DNA of 64,000 nt from Balanoglossus misakiensis (Eukaryota; Animalia; Hemichordata). The notes under the pieces were generated by a model. The model was not told the origin of the DNA. It saw only the letters and a list, made by a program, of their open reading frames with translations, and made no database searches. This document shows positions 39,847 to 52,039 of the stretch, one piece after another. The stretch is from assembly GCA_040954595.2 (NCBI GenBank), contig CM082593.2, forward strand, positions 1,560,901 through 1,624,900, written 5' to 3'. Made by a program: the position numbers and the translations under genes. Numbering within the stretch: the stretch's first letter is position 1; each line of letters begins with the position of its first letter.

Positions 39847-42800
39847 CTGTCCTAGGAATGCAAACACGCAGCCATCTACTCCTGAACATTTGAAAAAACA
39901 CCCACGCGTCAAAGTGACATCCTCAGGCATTTTTTCAATATTTATCCACATATGAAAATGGTAATTCTGGTCTGTTTTGTTGAAGCTATCACAACCAGCA
40001 CAATGCTCTGCGTCTACGTGCAGACCCGATTGTAGGCCATCGTCTTTTATTCCCCCCTCGCACAGTTCTTAGGTGTGGAAACCTCCAAGGACGCCGCTGT
40101 AATTGGACACTTTCATTCATTTCAGGAATCTAAATATTTACACTACACGATTGCCAGTTTCTGTAAATCAACACTTTTAGCATCTTCTCTTTTATACTTT
40201 TTCTCTCTTCCAATCATTACACTTGAAGAGAAAAGTAAAAATCAATACACAAAAAAGGCTGACAACAAAGATAAGTTTGGAAATGGATAACTTTACCAGA
40301 CATACAAAAATCAACACTTAAAAGTCGCTACAATATCCATCTCTACTCTCATTTTAATATATAACATACTAAGTAATCTATTTTGACCAGAAAAACATCA
40401 AAGAGATCATACAAATACACGAAATATTTGTTGTAAAATATACCAAAGTTCCATCTATTTTATAAATTCCATGTATCAACTATGCAATGCTCATAACGTT
40501 TTACAGCTGTTGATGAAAATCTGGCTTTCATAGTCACCACCCTAATATTCAGTTTCTAATCGTTTTTAATTTTCTTTTCTATATTTGATCTCCTGTTGAG
40601 AGATCGTGGATGCAAAGTGCATTGACGGAACAGGAAAACACATCCTGCACCATCTGCAAACTCTACGGCACGCCAACCATTTTTATGAGCGAAAAATTTG
40701 TCTGACAACTGGAAGGAACATTCACAGCCTACACATCAAGTTTGACAGTCTGTGCGTCAGACCGCTTTAATTCATCAATGCCCAGAAATCAGACGAACAA
40801 AAGCTAGTGAGACGAGCATAAAATAACAACCAATTTCTCAAGATGCAAGTTATGGGAGAAACCGGTTCCCCCGACAAGACCGAGAAGCGGCCTGCTTTTA
40901 AGACAAGAATGCTGAATAGAGTTTGTCATAAAAGGAGGTTTGCGAAGTGTTTAAACTACTTTACTGATGAGGTCCACCACTCTCTCATAAATAAGATCTA
41001 CTGGTACTGTCTGCTAATCTTGTTGACACGAATTCCATATGCCACGCACAACACAAAACAGAGACAGCTTCCGACAATAAAAGCCAAATTCGTAGTTTCT
41101 TTCGCTCTTTTCATTCACTCACCATCCAGACGGAGTCTTTTAATCTTCCGCACGCAAACAAATCAAGATCTCTGTTATGTGCTCTCTGACAGAATCAGAG
41201 TATTTTTTACACAAACAACGAAAACATGTAATACTACATTACGAACAGCTTGGTTCCCAGCATCCTCGTCCTTGTTAATCAAAACTTACAAGTCGACAGG
41301 GAACTCAAATATAAATGTTGACATTTTCTACTAAATAAAAAATATTTTAGGTATGCAAAAATAAAATCTGAATTTTATTTTCACATCTGTTTCCATGGTA
41401 ACAGTTTTAGAAGTATATCTGACTTTGCCTTGGTAACATGGACTATTAGATGAAAAAAGTTTGAAAAGTATTTTTCTCGAAATCTTAAGGCATGACTAAG
41501 TGCCTCTTTACGTTCAAAATAATGTGTATGCTGCCCACAAATTGAAACATATTTCAATTTCTCTGATTGTGGAAGGCATATCTTCCTGAAATAGAATCCG
41601 AAATCACGGTTTCATTTTTCAATTAGTCACTACTCGGTGCAAAATGAAATATAGCAGGCCGCATCGTCCCGACAGTCAGCCACCAGAAACATTTACAGCA
41701 AACAAAAAATTGTTACAAAACAAAGACTATTGATAAACCATTACTGGCAGAATGTGTAGCAATGAAGGGCGATCAACGCCGCCCTGGCAGACGTGCCGGG
41801 GATAATGCCGCTAATTTTCTCCAATTTAGAGAATTTGGCGACCAAATGCCGCAAATTAACAGCCGGCGGAACAATGCCACTGGGTGAATGTAAAACAGCT
41901 TGTACGAATGCCTCAGAAATGTTAGAGCTTGGCAAACAAAAACAGTGGCCGACAATAACACCACGTTAGATTACCAAATGCCACAAATAGTTGCATTAAT
42001 CTGGACCAGTGGAGAAAATAAAAAGACTCACGAACGTACCCTTCTCGGGCTCTTCAGCCCAACTTGAAACAGTTTTTCTCTGGAGGGGAGTTTTTCCACC
42101 AGGCTTCTAGAGCTCTATGCCGCTGTATAAACGATACACAGCTGACTGTAGTAGCTTTTTAGTGTGTGTAGTAGTGCAGGACAGCCGCATGGAAAAAAGT
42201 GCCCGGCACATCATCACCGACTGATCTCGCTGTAACTCAATGCCAACATAGCAGACATTCTGGACCATAAACCGCTACTATGGCTGACCATGTCATGCAG
42301 GCAATATCGTGTTTCACTCCAAGGCCACAAGTCGGACAGTAGCCTCATACTGGGGTCCCATGTTTCCACTTCACTCCAGACAATTCGTCCCCATTTCGGG
42401 AGCACTCATCACTCACCGTCGCCCAGCCCTCCCCCCTTTTATTCCAAAACGAATTCCACAATGAAAACCCCTTCCCTGGGGGAACTAGCTGGTAACATTC
42501 AGCCCCCAGTTGGGTGAGGGTGTTGCTGTTTTTTTTCCTGTTAGCAAAACTTGCCCAACTTGAGTCAATGTATCCAGTCACTTGCGAGTGCAAACAATCA
42601 ATTGGGGATCTAAACATCCATGCCTGATCGCACCTACAAACTATTTAACCAGTTTAAGTCAATTACTTCACTTTCTCATAAACACAACCCCCTCCACTCT
42701 GTAACCCTCCCCAACCAGTCCACAAGAGGCTGACGACCCATACCTAAAAGACAACACATCTCTTGAAACCTCAGACATTTCATCCCTGATTAAAAACAAA

Positions 42801-43188
42801 AAGAGCTGAGGCATATTTCCAAAAAATATTTATAGTTAAATAGCATAAAACATGTGTTCCCTTTTCGTTCCAGTTGTTTGCCGCGATCAACACTGATATC
42901 TCCTTCCTTCACTGCCACTAACACTTAACTGTGTAAAGCCATTTGTTGCTAGGTAACCGTCTCCAGTACTTAATAGGCACCCTCGCTATTTTCTCTCAAA
43001 GATATTTTGCTCTAATTTATTTTTTGGATTACGTCAAATTCAGTAAATTGATGGAACTGCTATTTATAGAATACCGCAGGACTTCAGGTAAGTAAATAAG
43101 GTATGAGGATTAGATTTTTTTTTTGAAGAGAATGATGAATACAGGAGAAGTAGAAAAAGGACAGCGGCAGGCAGTTTTTAGGGTCATG

Positions 43189-43667
43189 CATCTGGAAGAA
43201 ATATCACATCTGCTTGTCTTGTACCCAGAAGGGAAGTATGAGAAGATAAGTGGAGGACGTAACAGATGTGGAAGGGAAGGAGAGAGTGAAAATGTGGGGT
43301 GGGAGTGAAGGAAGAAGGAAGAGGGAGGAGGGAGGGAGACAGAGAGAGAGAGAGACAGAGAGAGAAGAGAGAGAGAAGAAAGTGGGGAAAGTCAGACGGA
43401 TCATGCAGACAGACAGAGGGAGAGCAACAGGAGGAGAGAGAAGGGTTGGATGGAGAAAGAGATGAGGAGGAGGTTACAGGAGACACAAAGCTCGACAGAA
43501 CACTAACAGACAGAAAGGTATTTTGTTTTGATTGGTGATCCCAATCTAGATTTCACCTCTTAGTAAGTGGTAAATATTATGTGGTGTAAGAATGTCCAAA
43601 CATGGGTTGGCATTTCAGAGTTTTCCCTTCTGGGTACGAGACGAGTGGATGTGATTTATTCCAGATG
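43189..43667. repeat. Inverted repeat with ~46-bp arms (43189-43235 and 43623-43667) enclosing a GA-rich purine tract; foldback/MITE-like
   Basis: Left arm catctggaagaaatatcacatctgcttgtcttgtacccagaagggaa versus reverse complement of right arm catctggaataaatcacatccactcgtctcgtacccagaagggaa: about 5 mismatches plus a 2-nt gap. Confidence 0.8.
43270..43482 (+). repeat. GA-rich low-complexity tract with (GA)n/(GACA)n
   Basis: gaagaaggaagagggaggagggagggagacagagagagagagagacagagagagaagagagagagaag...; it explains the overlapping low-complexity ORFs at 43123-43538. Confidence 0.85.
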
Positions 43668-46600
43668 TACGGTGGTGCTCAGCAGAGCTGAAATGGATTG
43701 CTACTGATGCTGTCACTCTGTCAAACTCAACCCCTTCCCCTCACCCAATCATTATCCCTCACAGACACTGCAGGTAGCACTAGCAGCAACACTACGCAGG
43801 AGGAAAACAATCTTATTGTTCACAAAAATCTACTTTTCAACTCTATGTGACCATTATCTGCTGTGTACGCACACCCTGTCAACTCATTCACACAAGTTAA
43901 ATCAGTTGCGGAGATGTGTTTACTATTAATGGGAAACAGGTTCCCATGGAAACCTCTTTGTCAGAAACTGTTTCTCTCTCCATCACCTGAGAATAAACGG
44001 CCTATGGGATTGTAATATTGTAATTCAGAGCTTATTTTCTGTGAGCATTATCCTTACTTTCATTTAATAACTCTTTAATTGTCCTGCATCACTTTGAGCC
44101 TCTTTGCAGAAAAAAATTAACACATAAAATTATATCGAAGATCATATTACATGAAGTCCTTCAACTGATAATTGTCGTTAGAGTATAATCCCCAGGCACT
44201 CTGTGAAAAAATATTGAGCTGAATCACCCCCAAGTTACCTTTTTAATCAAAATATCTCCATTATTATGTATGGTTGGGTTCTTCCATTATGCATGAAATA
44301 GGGATGTCCTGAAGTGTATTAAAAAGGTCTTGTGTTTTGCTGCATGTATACAAGAAGTAACTTTAGGAATTTTGTGGCTCTAAGAGAATTAAATTATTTC
44401 ACTTTAAAGTCACATGTTCACAGTCTTGGAGTCCATAAAGGGCACATATATTGAAGTCTTGTCTTCTGTATGTGAACATTATTGACCTTTGTCTATCTCA
44501 TCAGAAATTGCTTTACTGCCCGTTGTCATGGCAATAAATCACATAGTCCCGTACAGGAAGTTAGTAATCATTGCACATGCAGGTTTGCAGTACGTATCAC
44601 AAAAAAAACTTATTTTCGGGTCAGAAGGTTGTTCGAATCACAGTTTTGATTCTGCTGGCTTTTGATAAAAAGTGGCAACAGATCAGTCAAGTATCTTTAT
44701 TCTTTTCAGGAGGTTCGCACATGTGCCAGTTGACGGTCATTTCCGCAGTTGTTTTATTGTCAGCACCAAATGTGGACGATCCAGATGCCTGAGGCCGAAT
44801 CAACAGCTGATTGATGGTGAATACAAATTACAATAGAACATCGCAAAAATCAAAGATCTCCAAAACGTGGTGTCATAAAATCCAAAACCACAGATGGTAT
44901 GATGAAACTCTTTTATTGTTGCAAAAGTCAACAATTTTGCTTTCACACTGTTCTAACATTTTTGTATGACTAAATTTCTCCAGTGTTATTGTCAAGCATT
45001 CTGAACTTGACTTCATTTTTGTGTGAAGAAACAGGGGTGCAAAAATCAAGGAAAGCCCTCATGGAGAGAGGATAGTGAAAGCTGAAAAACTGACAAAAAT
45101 AACCGGTAAAATCGTGATAAATGCCATCACCTTTTCCAAAGCCCTGCCTGTGCAGTTCCATGCTAATCGCACTACTTATTCAAACCTGCCCTAACAGTAG
45201 TCGTTAATTAACCATCATTTTCTCGATTACACCGAGAGTAAAGACAACCCAACAGACACACACAAAACATGACAATAATGCCGACAGCACAGGCTTTCAG
45301 ACAGTAAGCACACCGACATCTCACAAGACTGTAAAGAAAAATCTTCGAGGAGGTACGCAGTCTCATTCACTACTTTGAATTCTCTGACAGCTTCATTAAG
45401 GGTAATAAGACAGCCTACATTGTATAGTTTACAGCATGAATGTAAAATACCATCATTGTCTCAACGTTATGCAAATATAACCTCAGGCTCATCATGACAT
45501 TATCAGTGTCTACTAGCCAGAAACCATTCTCGTTTCTCAGTGTTTGTTGTTTTCTCATGCTTTTTTCTGTCTCTTAATCTCTTTAGTGAGTGTTAGTTTT
45601 TTTCTTCTCTTTTCTCCACTCTGAAGTGGTCGTTTTTCTCTGACAGTTCAGCCGTAAAAGCTTATCAGGGCTTTTTCTGGCGTGTGCTATTTTTGGCTCT
45701 ATCTTGGTATAGATGGTTGACAACTGTACAAAGGACAGAAATCAATTCAGATGTCTTGAATTTGGTTGTTTCACCAAAACTACCAGTTAGTCATAAAACA
45801 ATGCACCAAAACAGGCATGTTCTGCACCACCACATGGCCATTAGAAACTTCAACGCACCCCTTTAACCATATATGGACATGTGTCATCATGACAACAGAA
45901 ATCATCTATCACCACGGTAACTCGCATGTCATACCTGTCATGCCGGTTTTTGACCAATCTCTGGTGACCAATGATTCAGCTTGCTTCAGAAATTTCTCAA
46001 ATAAAACAAATCAACATCAATTGCTGGTGTTTTCTTTGGCACTTTTAAAAGCATTTAGAGCTAACGAACCAGGTCAATCACTCAACTAGTTCGTCGACAT
46101 CAGAGTCTAGACTGGCCGCCAGGTCACTCCTGCTCATTTTGAGATGGTATCACTTTCTCAATCCACATTCTTCACCTAACCTTTGCCTCAGCACCAGCTC
46201 TGAAGTACTGTAAACGACACTCCCCTGCCATGCCAACTGCTTTCCAACCCCAAAACACTTTATATTCTGCGTAACGTTGCCAATTTACGGTAATCCGACA
46301 CACATCGTCAATTGATTTACCCCTTAGTTTGTTAGTTTTATTAGCTTTTGATGGGAAACTAGTTTTCGGGTTGTTTTCTGGGGGGTCTCTGTGGTTTCTA
46401 TGGAGATTTTCCAACATGTAAATGATCTCTTTTGCCAATCTGTACAAATTCCGTCTTTTGTGACAAATACATTCATCATTTTTCCATTTTGATGTTTTCT
46501 GGAAACACCCTGCTGGGTTACTTGTGATGCCCAATTTTGGATGACATTATTTGTGCCTTTGGGTTGAAATTGAAAACTTAAAAAATGTATCATCGACCTC

Positions 46601-48004
46601 AATCAACGATTAGTTCTGTATCACATAAAATAGATGTTTAGAGAATGATTATGTGCCTTTGCAATTCTTTTTTTAACAGATATATAACATTTTTGACGGG
46701 TATAAAATGCTGTCATGTGCAGACGACACAAACCAGCACCTCTTTTCAGTGACAAAATTCTACACTTCTGATAACCTTTGACTGTGAAGAAACCTATCAG
46801 CTCTGATGCCACCGAAAGTGAGCCATCTTGAGTTGCACCACACTGTAAGACAACACTTGGATTTTCAAGTTACAATGACCTTTGACTTGATAAAAGTACT
46901 GGCTATGGGCAATAGAGGGAACCATCCAGAAGGTTACACAGCTTATCCAGATTGAAAGTTCTAAATAAAACTTTACTTGTTGATAACCTCTGATTGGCTA
47001 TTCACCTTGTATCCATCGGTTACAGGTATCCAGAGTGATAAGACCACCCACAGTGCTTTTAAAAGCTAGTGTTATAGAATTCTGTTAGCGTTGCTTGCAA
47101 GCAGAGATCAAAATAAATTCATAGGACCACTTCTTACCTTTGAAGATTCTCAAAATCTGCGCATATTCAGCTACTGGTTACATGTGGGCAGATGAAGCAA
47201 ACACCACTAAACACACGGGTGATGCGATCTTGTCTTGGTGTCTTGTTCGTCTCTGTTCACATCGGTTCAGTTGCCTGGCAACAAACAAAAGTGATCCAAA
47301 ATTTCAGTATAATCTTCAAATTAGACAGATTCATTTGAAAATGAATTGACCCTAAACCGTTAATCAGAAAGAACTTCACAAAGATGGAATCTTTAGAACT
47401 ACGTATGGAAAAAAAATGAAAACCATTGCCTAAAGAAAGTGATCTGCTCCAATGTTACCTGTATAGCTGAGTATACAGTGTTAGAATTTTAAGTGCTGCT
47501 ATCAAAGTCTTTTGCATTAAAGCAATATTGTTGTACGAAGTCATCAATCCTGATCCCAACAGACATCATTTCTCAAGGAAACCGTACTGCGCATTTTTGA
47601 TCCAGGCATTTTAATGTAATCGCAAAATCCGTCATTTTTCGTTCACGCGACTATGCGCTGAAATACAAGTCGACACGTCAAATATTTGAGCACACCTGCG
47701 CGAGCATGGGATAGGTCAGCGCATAATTTGTAATTAGCGTATTATACCTCTGAGCACAAGGCACTGCTTTCCAACACTAAGTACTTGTCCCTGTCACAGT
47801 CTGCTGAAATCAGCAGGGAGAATTGTCTTGACTGATCTCGTCGTAAATTATTCATGGCGTACCGCCGCAGCCCTGGGTCAAGTTAGGACGACACATATTC
47901 TTTTAAATTTTAAATCTCGCTTAAATCACACTGCCAATGCATACTTCTGTCTGAAAACTACGTTGCGTTACCAAAGTTCAATTATTTATCACGAATGATT
48001 TATA

Positions 48005-48185
48005 CGTCACAATTTCTTATGAATATATAAACTTGTTTGTATGATGTAAAATGTTACGAATATGCAATGTGATATCAAGATACTCATGAATATGCAAATA
48101 AACATGTCACAATAACATGAATATCCAAAATACATGTGTGATATCAAAGTATATTATGAATATGCTAAATATATAACGTTACAAT
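48005..48185. repeat. Degenerate 30-39-bp tandem array carrying ATGAATATGCAAAT (POU heptamer-octamer-like) units
   Basis: Core atgaatat/acgaatat at 48019, 48056, 48086, 48117 and 48156; tgtgatatcaa occurs twice and gtcacaat/gttacaat three times. Confidence 0.6.
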
Positions 48186-48284
48186 TTAATACGACTGTGA
48201 ATAACTATGACAGGGAATAATTTTCAGTCTTGTACTGCGGACAGAATTGGATTGAATCTCTCACTCAAAAGGACTGAAGAAATT

Positions 48285-48406
48285 GTTCTGTTTGTAGAGG
48301 TGTCCGGTTAATAAAGGTTCTAAGTGAAAGGGATTGGAAAAGGGTGTTTGGTATAGGCAGGTATCCAGATTAGACAGGGTTCGGTTTAGATAGGTTTTAA
48401 TCTAGT
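48285..48406 (-). mobile_element. Probable end of a decayed non-autonomous DNA transposon with ~17-bp subterminal repeats
   Basis: Reverse complement reads aaacctatctaaaccg-aaccctgtctaatctgg-atacctgcctataccaa...gaacctttattaaccgg-acacctctacaaacag. Such ~17-bp periodic ends resemble pogo/Tc1-mariner-type MITEs (inference). No partner end found. Confidence 0.4.
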
Positions 48407-51400
48407 CTACACACATTGGAGCAGTTGAATAGACTCGTCTACACATGATAAATAGACAGATCATCCTGCTCTCACAATTATGCAGAGCATGTACATAAGG
48501 ACGGTGTCAACATTAAGTTACCGAGAGTGAGTGTTTTGATGGTTTCTGCCCCAAGCACTTTTCTACTAACTTTCTTGCTGACTGACCAATAAATCTGATT
48601 CCGAAACGGTCTCTGCATCTCAAAAAGCCAGGTATCCGGATTCTGAATAATGAATGTCCCGGGCAAAGGAGTCCCTCGTGGTTCGCAAAAAGAAGGGAGT
48701 CTCTTGCTCCCAAGGAACAACAAGCTAACTTGATAATTAGCAGGTAATTTGTTCCAGCTAGTGTCAATCACTGTAAGTGTTCCCCAGATAATCAATGGTG
48801 GTGGGTTCAGTGTAGGGGGAGGGGTAGGGGGTCTCCCCCTGGTCTACATGTATGTGTTTTCTAGACAAAGGAAGAATTACGTGCACGCAGCATGACAAAA
48901 GGACTTGACCAGACCATCCCTGTCGTGCTCTGTTACTTTATCAAGTCAGTGACTTAAGAAGGATTAATGATTTAATAATGCATCAGTTTGATTTCGACAC
49001 AAAGCCAACACCATGGGGCGCTGTATTCTGACACCAACTATATTATATCTCTTTGATAAGAAAAATATGTTTCTGAAAATGTCAAAAAACACCCCGGGAT
49101 CTTTCGCATTCATCCTGATGTTAGATAAGTTTCATCTGAACATCCGGCCAGATCTAGATCAATGAGATCATAGACCATGAAAACAATAGTGGTACTAATT
49201 AGATTTGTCTTCAAATAGCGCAATACAGCTCTCTTGAACAAGTCAAGTGCATTCAATCCTCAGCATCTGGCTGCACAAGGATATGACTATAGCAAAGATG
49301 AACTTATGAAATAAAGGATCATCCTCGAAACATTCCAGGGATCTGTTAAATTACGCATTTTGAGGCAGAGTTTCTCCTAAATCACTGCCACGCTTCACCT
49401 TTCGAGCGCTAATTGAGTGGCCAGGTGGCGGGAATTGATGGAAATCTGGGTTAACTGCATTCTTATGTAAAATATATCCAACCAAGCCTTTTTTAAATTG
49501 AAAGGGAAAAACTTCCCCAGAAAACTGCAGAATTCTTTGTGCCGCATGGCGTATATATACAGAGGGAATTTTCCAATGACGTGAAATCTAGGAGAAGAAG
49601 GGGGTGTGATTTCGTGTTCGCTGGGCTGGAAAGTAATTACTTTAATTATTATCTGCCAGTTAAAATAAGAATTGTTCTTCTCAACAAATTTGACTGTGTG
49701 CAACCTTGAGGACACTGCTGTGTGTATGTGTGTGAGTGTGTGCGCGTGCGTGCATCCCAGATATTTTTATTAGAAAAAAAGGCGTCCGTATTTGTTTTTA
49801 TTGCAGAGACGTGCAATTATCTATTTGTGAGCGAACATTTTGAAAGCAAAACTGTACTTATTTACGACGTGTCAGTTCTGTACTGGGCACTCAAGAGCGA
49901 TGCAGGTCCATCTCGTTATTTCTGAGTCAGGACATGATTTGTGGAGCTTCCCTTTTCATGACAGCGAAAAATTGAGACACGCGGGATAGAAAACGACGAG
50001 AAAATATGACTCTGCGATCGTATACTTGTGGGATTTAATAGTTGTTTGCAATAAAAGAAAAGCTACGTGCCACCACTGAAATGACAAGGGAGCGATTATT
50101 TTTATTCTCACAGAGAAAAACAAGAATCGGAAGGTAGTGGAGCTATAATTTTTACTTGCACAGAACACTATTTTGGCATAATTTCCGCTTCACTGCCTTG
50201 TTTCCATTGACGGGGGCCACGACAGATCACGCGGTGACTGAATATCAAAGTGTATCCGTCGCTTGTTTTTATGAGGAAAATGTAATAAAATGTGTTGTGA
50301 TGTTAAATTCGGCTCGAAAGACCCAGCAACTGATCTGTAAATGCTCAGCTATGTTGAAATTGCGTTATCAGCAGTTTGCAACAACCACAGGTAAATAAAC
50401 CTTTCTCAGTCAAGCTACTATCCTATTTTATCCAATTCTATTTCATATGGAAAGTTACGCCTTCAGCCTTGATTACTGAAACTTGAGTAGGGATAAGAAA
50501 AAAGTAACAGTTGATACATTGAATACGAAAAGTATTGACAGACTCTATCAACTGGAGAAAAATATGTCAGAATTATGAAAAGAAATAACAAACGCACACA
50601 AAAATGAAATGAGATCATCTGGAGCCAAGGATAAATTCAGGTGATTTTACAGAATTTAACTATGGGCTCCCTATCTCTGATAATTTGGGCAGTTCTTGAT
50701 CATGTATGCTGCTGTTGCGTTCACATCCAGTCCACTCAGACCCGGCGTTCCTCGTCACGTATTCCACAACTTAAGTGGCTATCATGAATGCCACACAAAC
50801 ACAGCGGTAAATGCGAAAAGTGACAACGATAGAGGGACCCGCTCGCCACTTAACATTCAGGACGCACCACCGGGTAGAATTTCCACACTTATTGCCGAAG
50901 TCTCACAATATTGATCCCCGACAAATACACCACGGTTGTCGGCCGAGCACCTTAAATTTAATTTGACTCATTTAGACCGCCGATCAACTCGCCGCTGTTG
51001 ACACGGTTTGCGAAATTTCGCTTCAGCGCGGATTAATTGATAAAGGAATATGAGGTCTGTTGCACACAATGTGCTTTCAATGCGGCAGAATGTTGACAAC
51101 AGAGACGAATGAAATTTGACATCATGAATAATTCATGCAGCTAGCCTAAACTGCAGGCTATCACTTTATGGCCTGATGATATAATTTCATTTTATTAACC
51201 AATTAATCCATCTACCTGCCTGTTCACTGCAAAGCAAGTTGTATTTAAAATTATTAATTTTTTGACGAGTCTTTACATATCAATCTATTCTTGGTATTAT
51301 ACAGAACACTGGTATATTGCTAATTTTATCATGATCATGTGATTTGGACCAACTTAATTATTTCATTCAAATAATAAATATTTCAGGAAAACAATATTCA

Positions 51401-51984
51401 CAATTTCATTTTGATTTCAATGATCTTTTTATCTGCCAACGCAAATTACAATAAAAGCAATGCTGTCTTTAATCTTTTTCATTTTTAATTATATTTTATT
51501 TCTTTAAATGTTTTCAACACACACTATTATTTGCAATGAAAAAGAATGCTTCTTTTATCTCCACTGAGATTGAGATGTACAAAATTGACGTGTTTCAAAA
51601 CGGCAGAGCACTTATATGCAAAACTGAAATATTTCCATCGGCGGCACACTTACATTAAAAGGTAGTGATGTGAAAAGAGCCTGACCAGAGAGATGCTAAT
51701 GTCATCAACACTGGAGCACTGGCAGCTACAAAAGCCTAACTCGCAAAATGCATAATTCACTCGAAATAACTCAATCAGTTCGACTGCCCAGCCATTCTCC
51801 AACATTCTCTCCTCACAGCTCAATTTCAGCTGATCCTTAACAGTTTGATTTCTGATTTCAGGGTATAGATGGAACAAATTTATTGACTACTCCTGAAATC
51901 TCATTTTCACAGTGCATATTGCCGTCTACTCCCAGGGGGGCAACACTGAGTTTTGCTGTTTGCCAAATTCTTCACTTCAGGTTT

Positions 51985-52039
51985 TCTCTCTCTCTCTCTC
52001 TCTCCCTCCCCCCCCCCCCCTCTCTCTCTCTCTCTCTCT
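51985..52039. repeat. (CT)n - poly(C) - (CT)n compound microsatellite
   Basis: Directly visible pure-pyrimidine tract with approximate mirror symmetry. Confidence 0.9.

Noticed and set aside
40843-41334. Longest ORF in the window (163 aa)
   Set aside because: No recognisable domain and no evident splice support; an ORF of this length is plausible by chance in 64 kb.
43123-43538. Overlapping Arg/Glu-rich and Ser/Leu-rich ORFs
   Set aside because: Artefacts of the GA-rich low-complexity tract.
43929-43949. Head-to-head Su(H)/CSL-like sites (atgggaa...ttcccat), attractive because ZMIZ1 is a Notch cofactor
   Set aside because: Spacing is 5 bp, not the 15-17 bp of a paired SPS element; other CSL and NF-kB-like matches do not look enriched over chance.
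46172-46610. 120-aa minus ORF with upstream IEVDDT resembling a Merlin/ISXO2 transposase motif
   Set aside because: The downstream conserved motifs are absent; not supportable.
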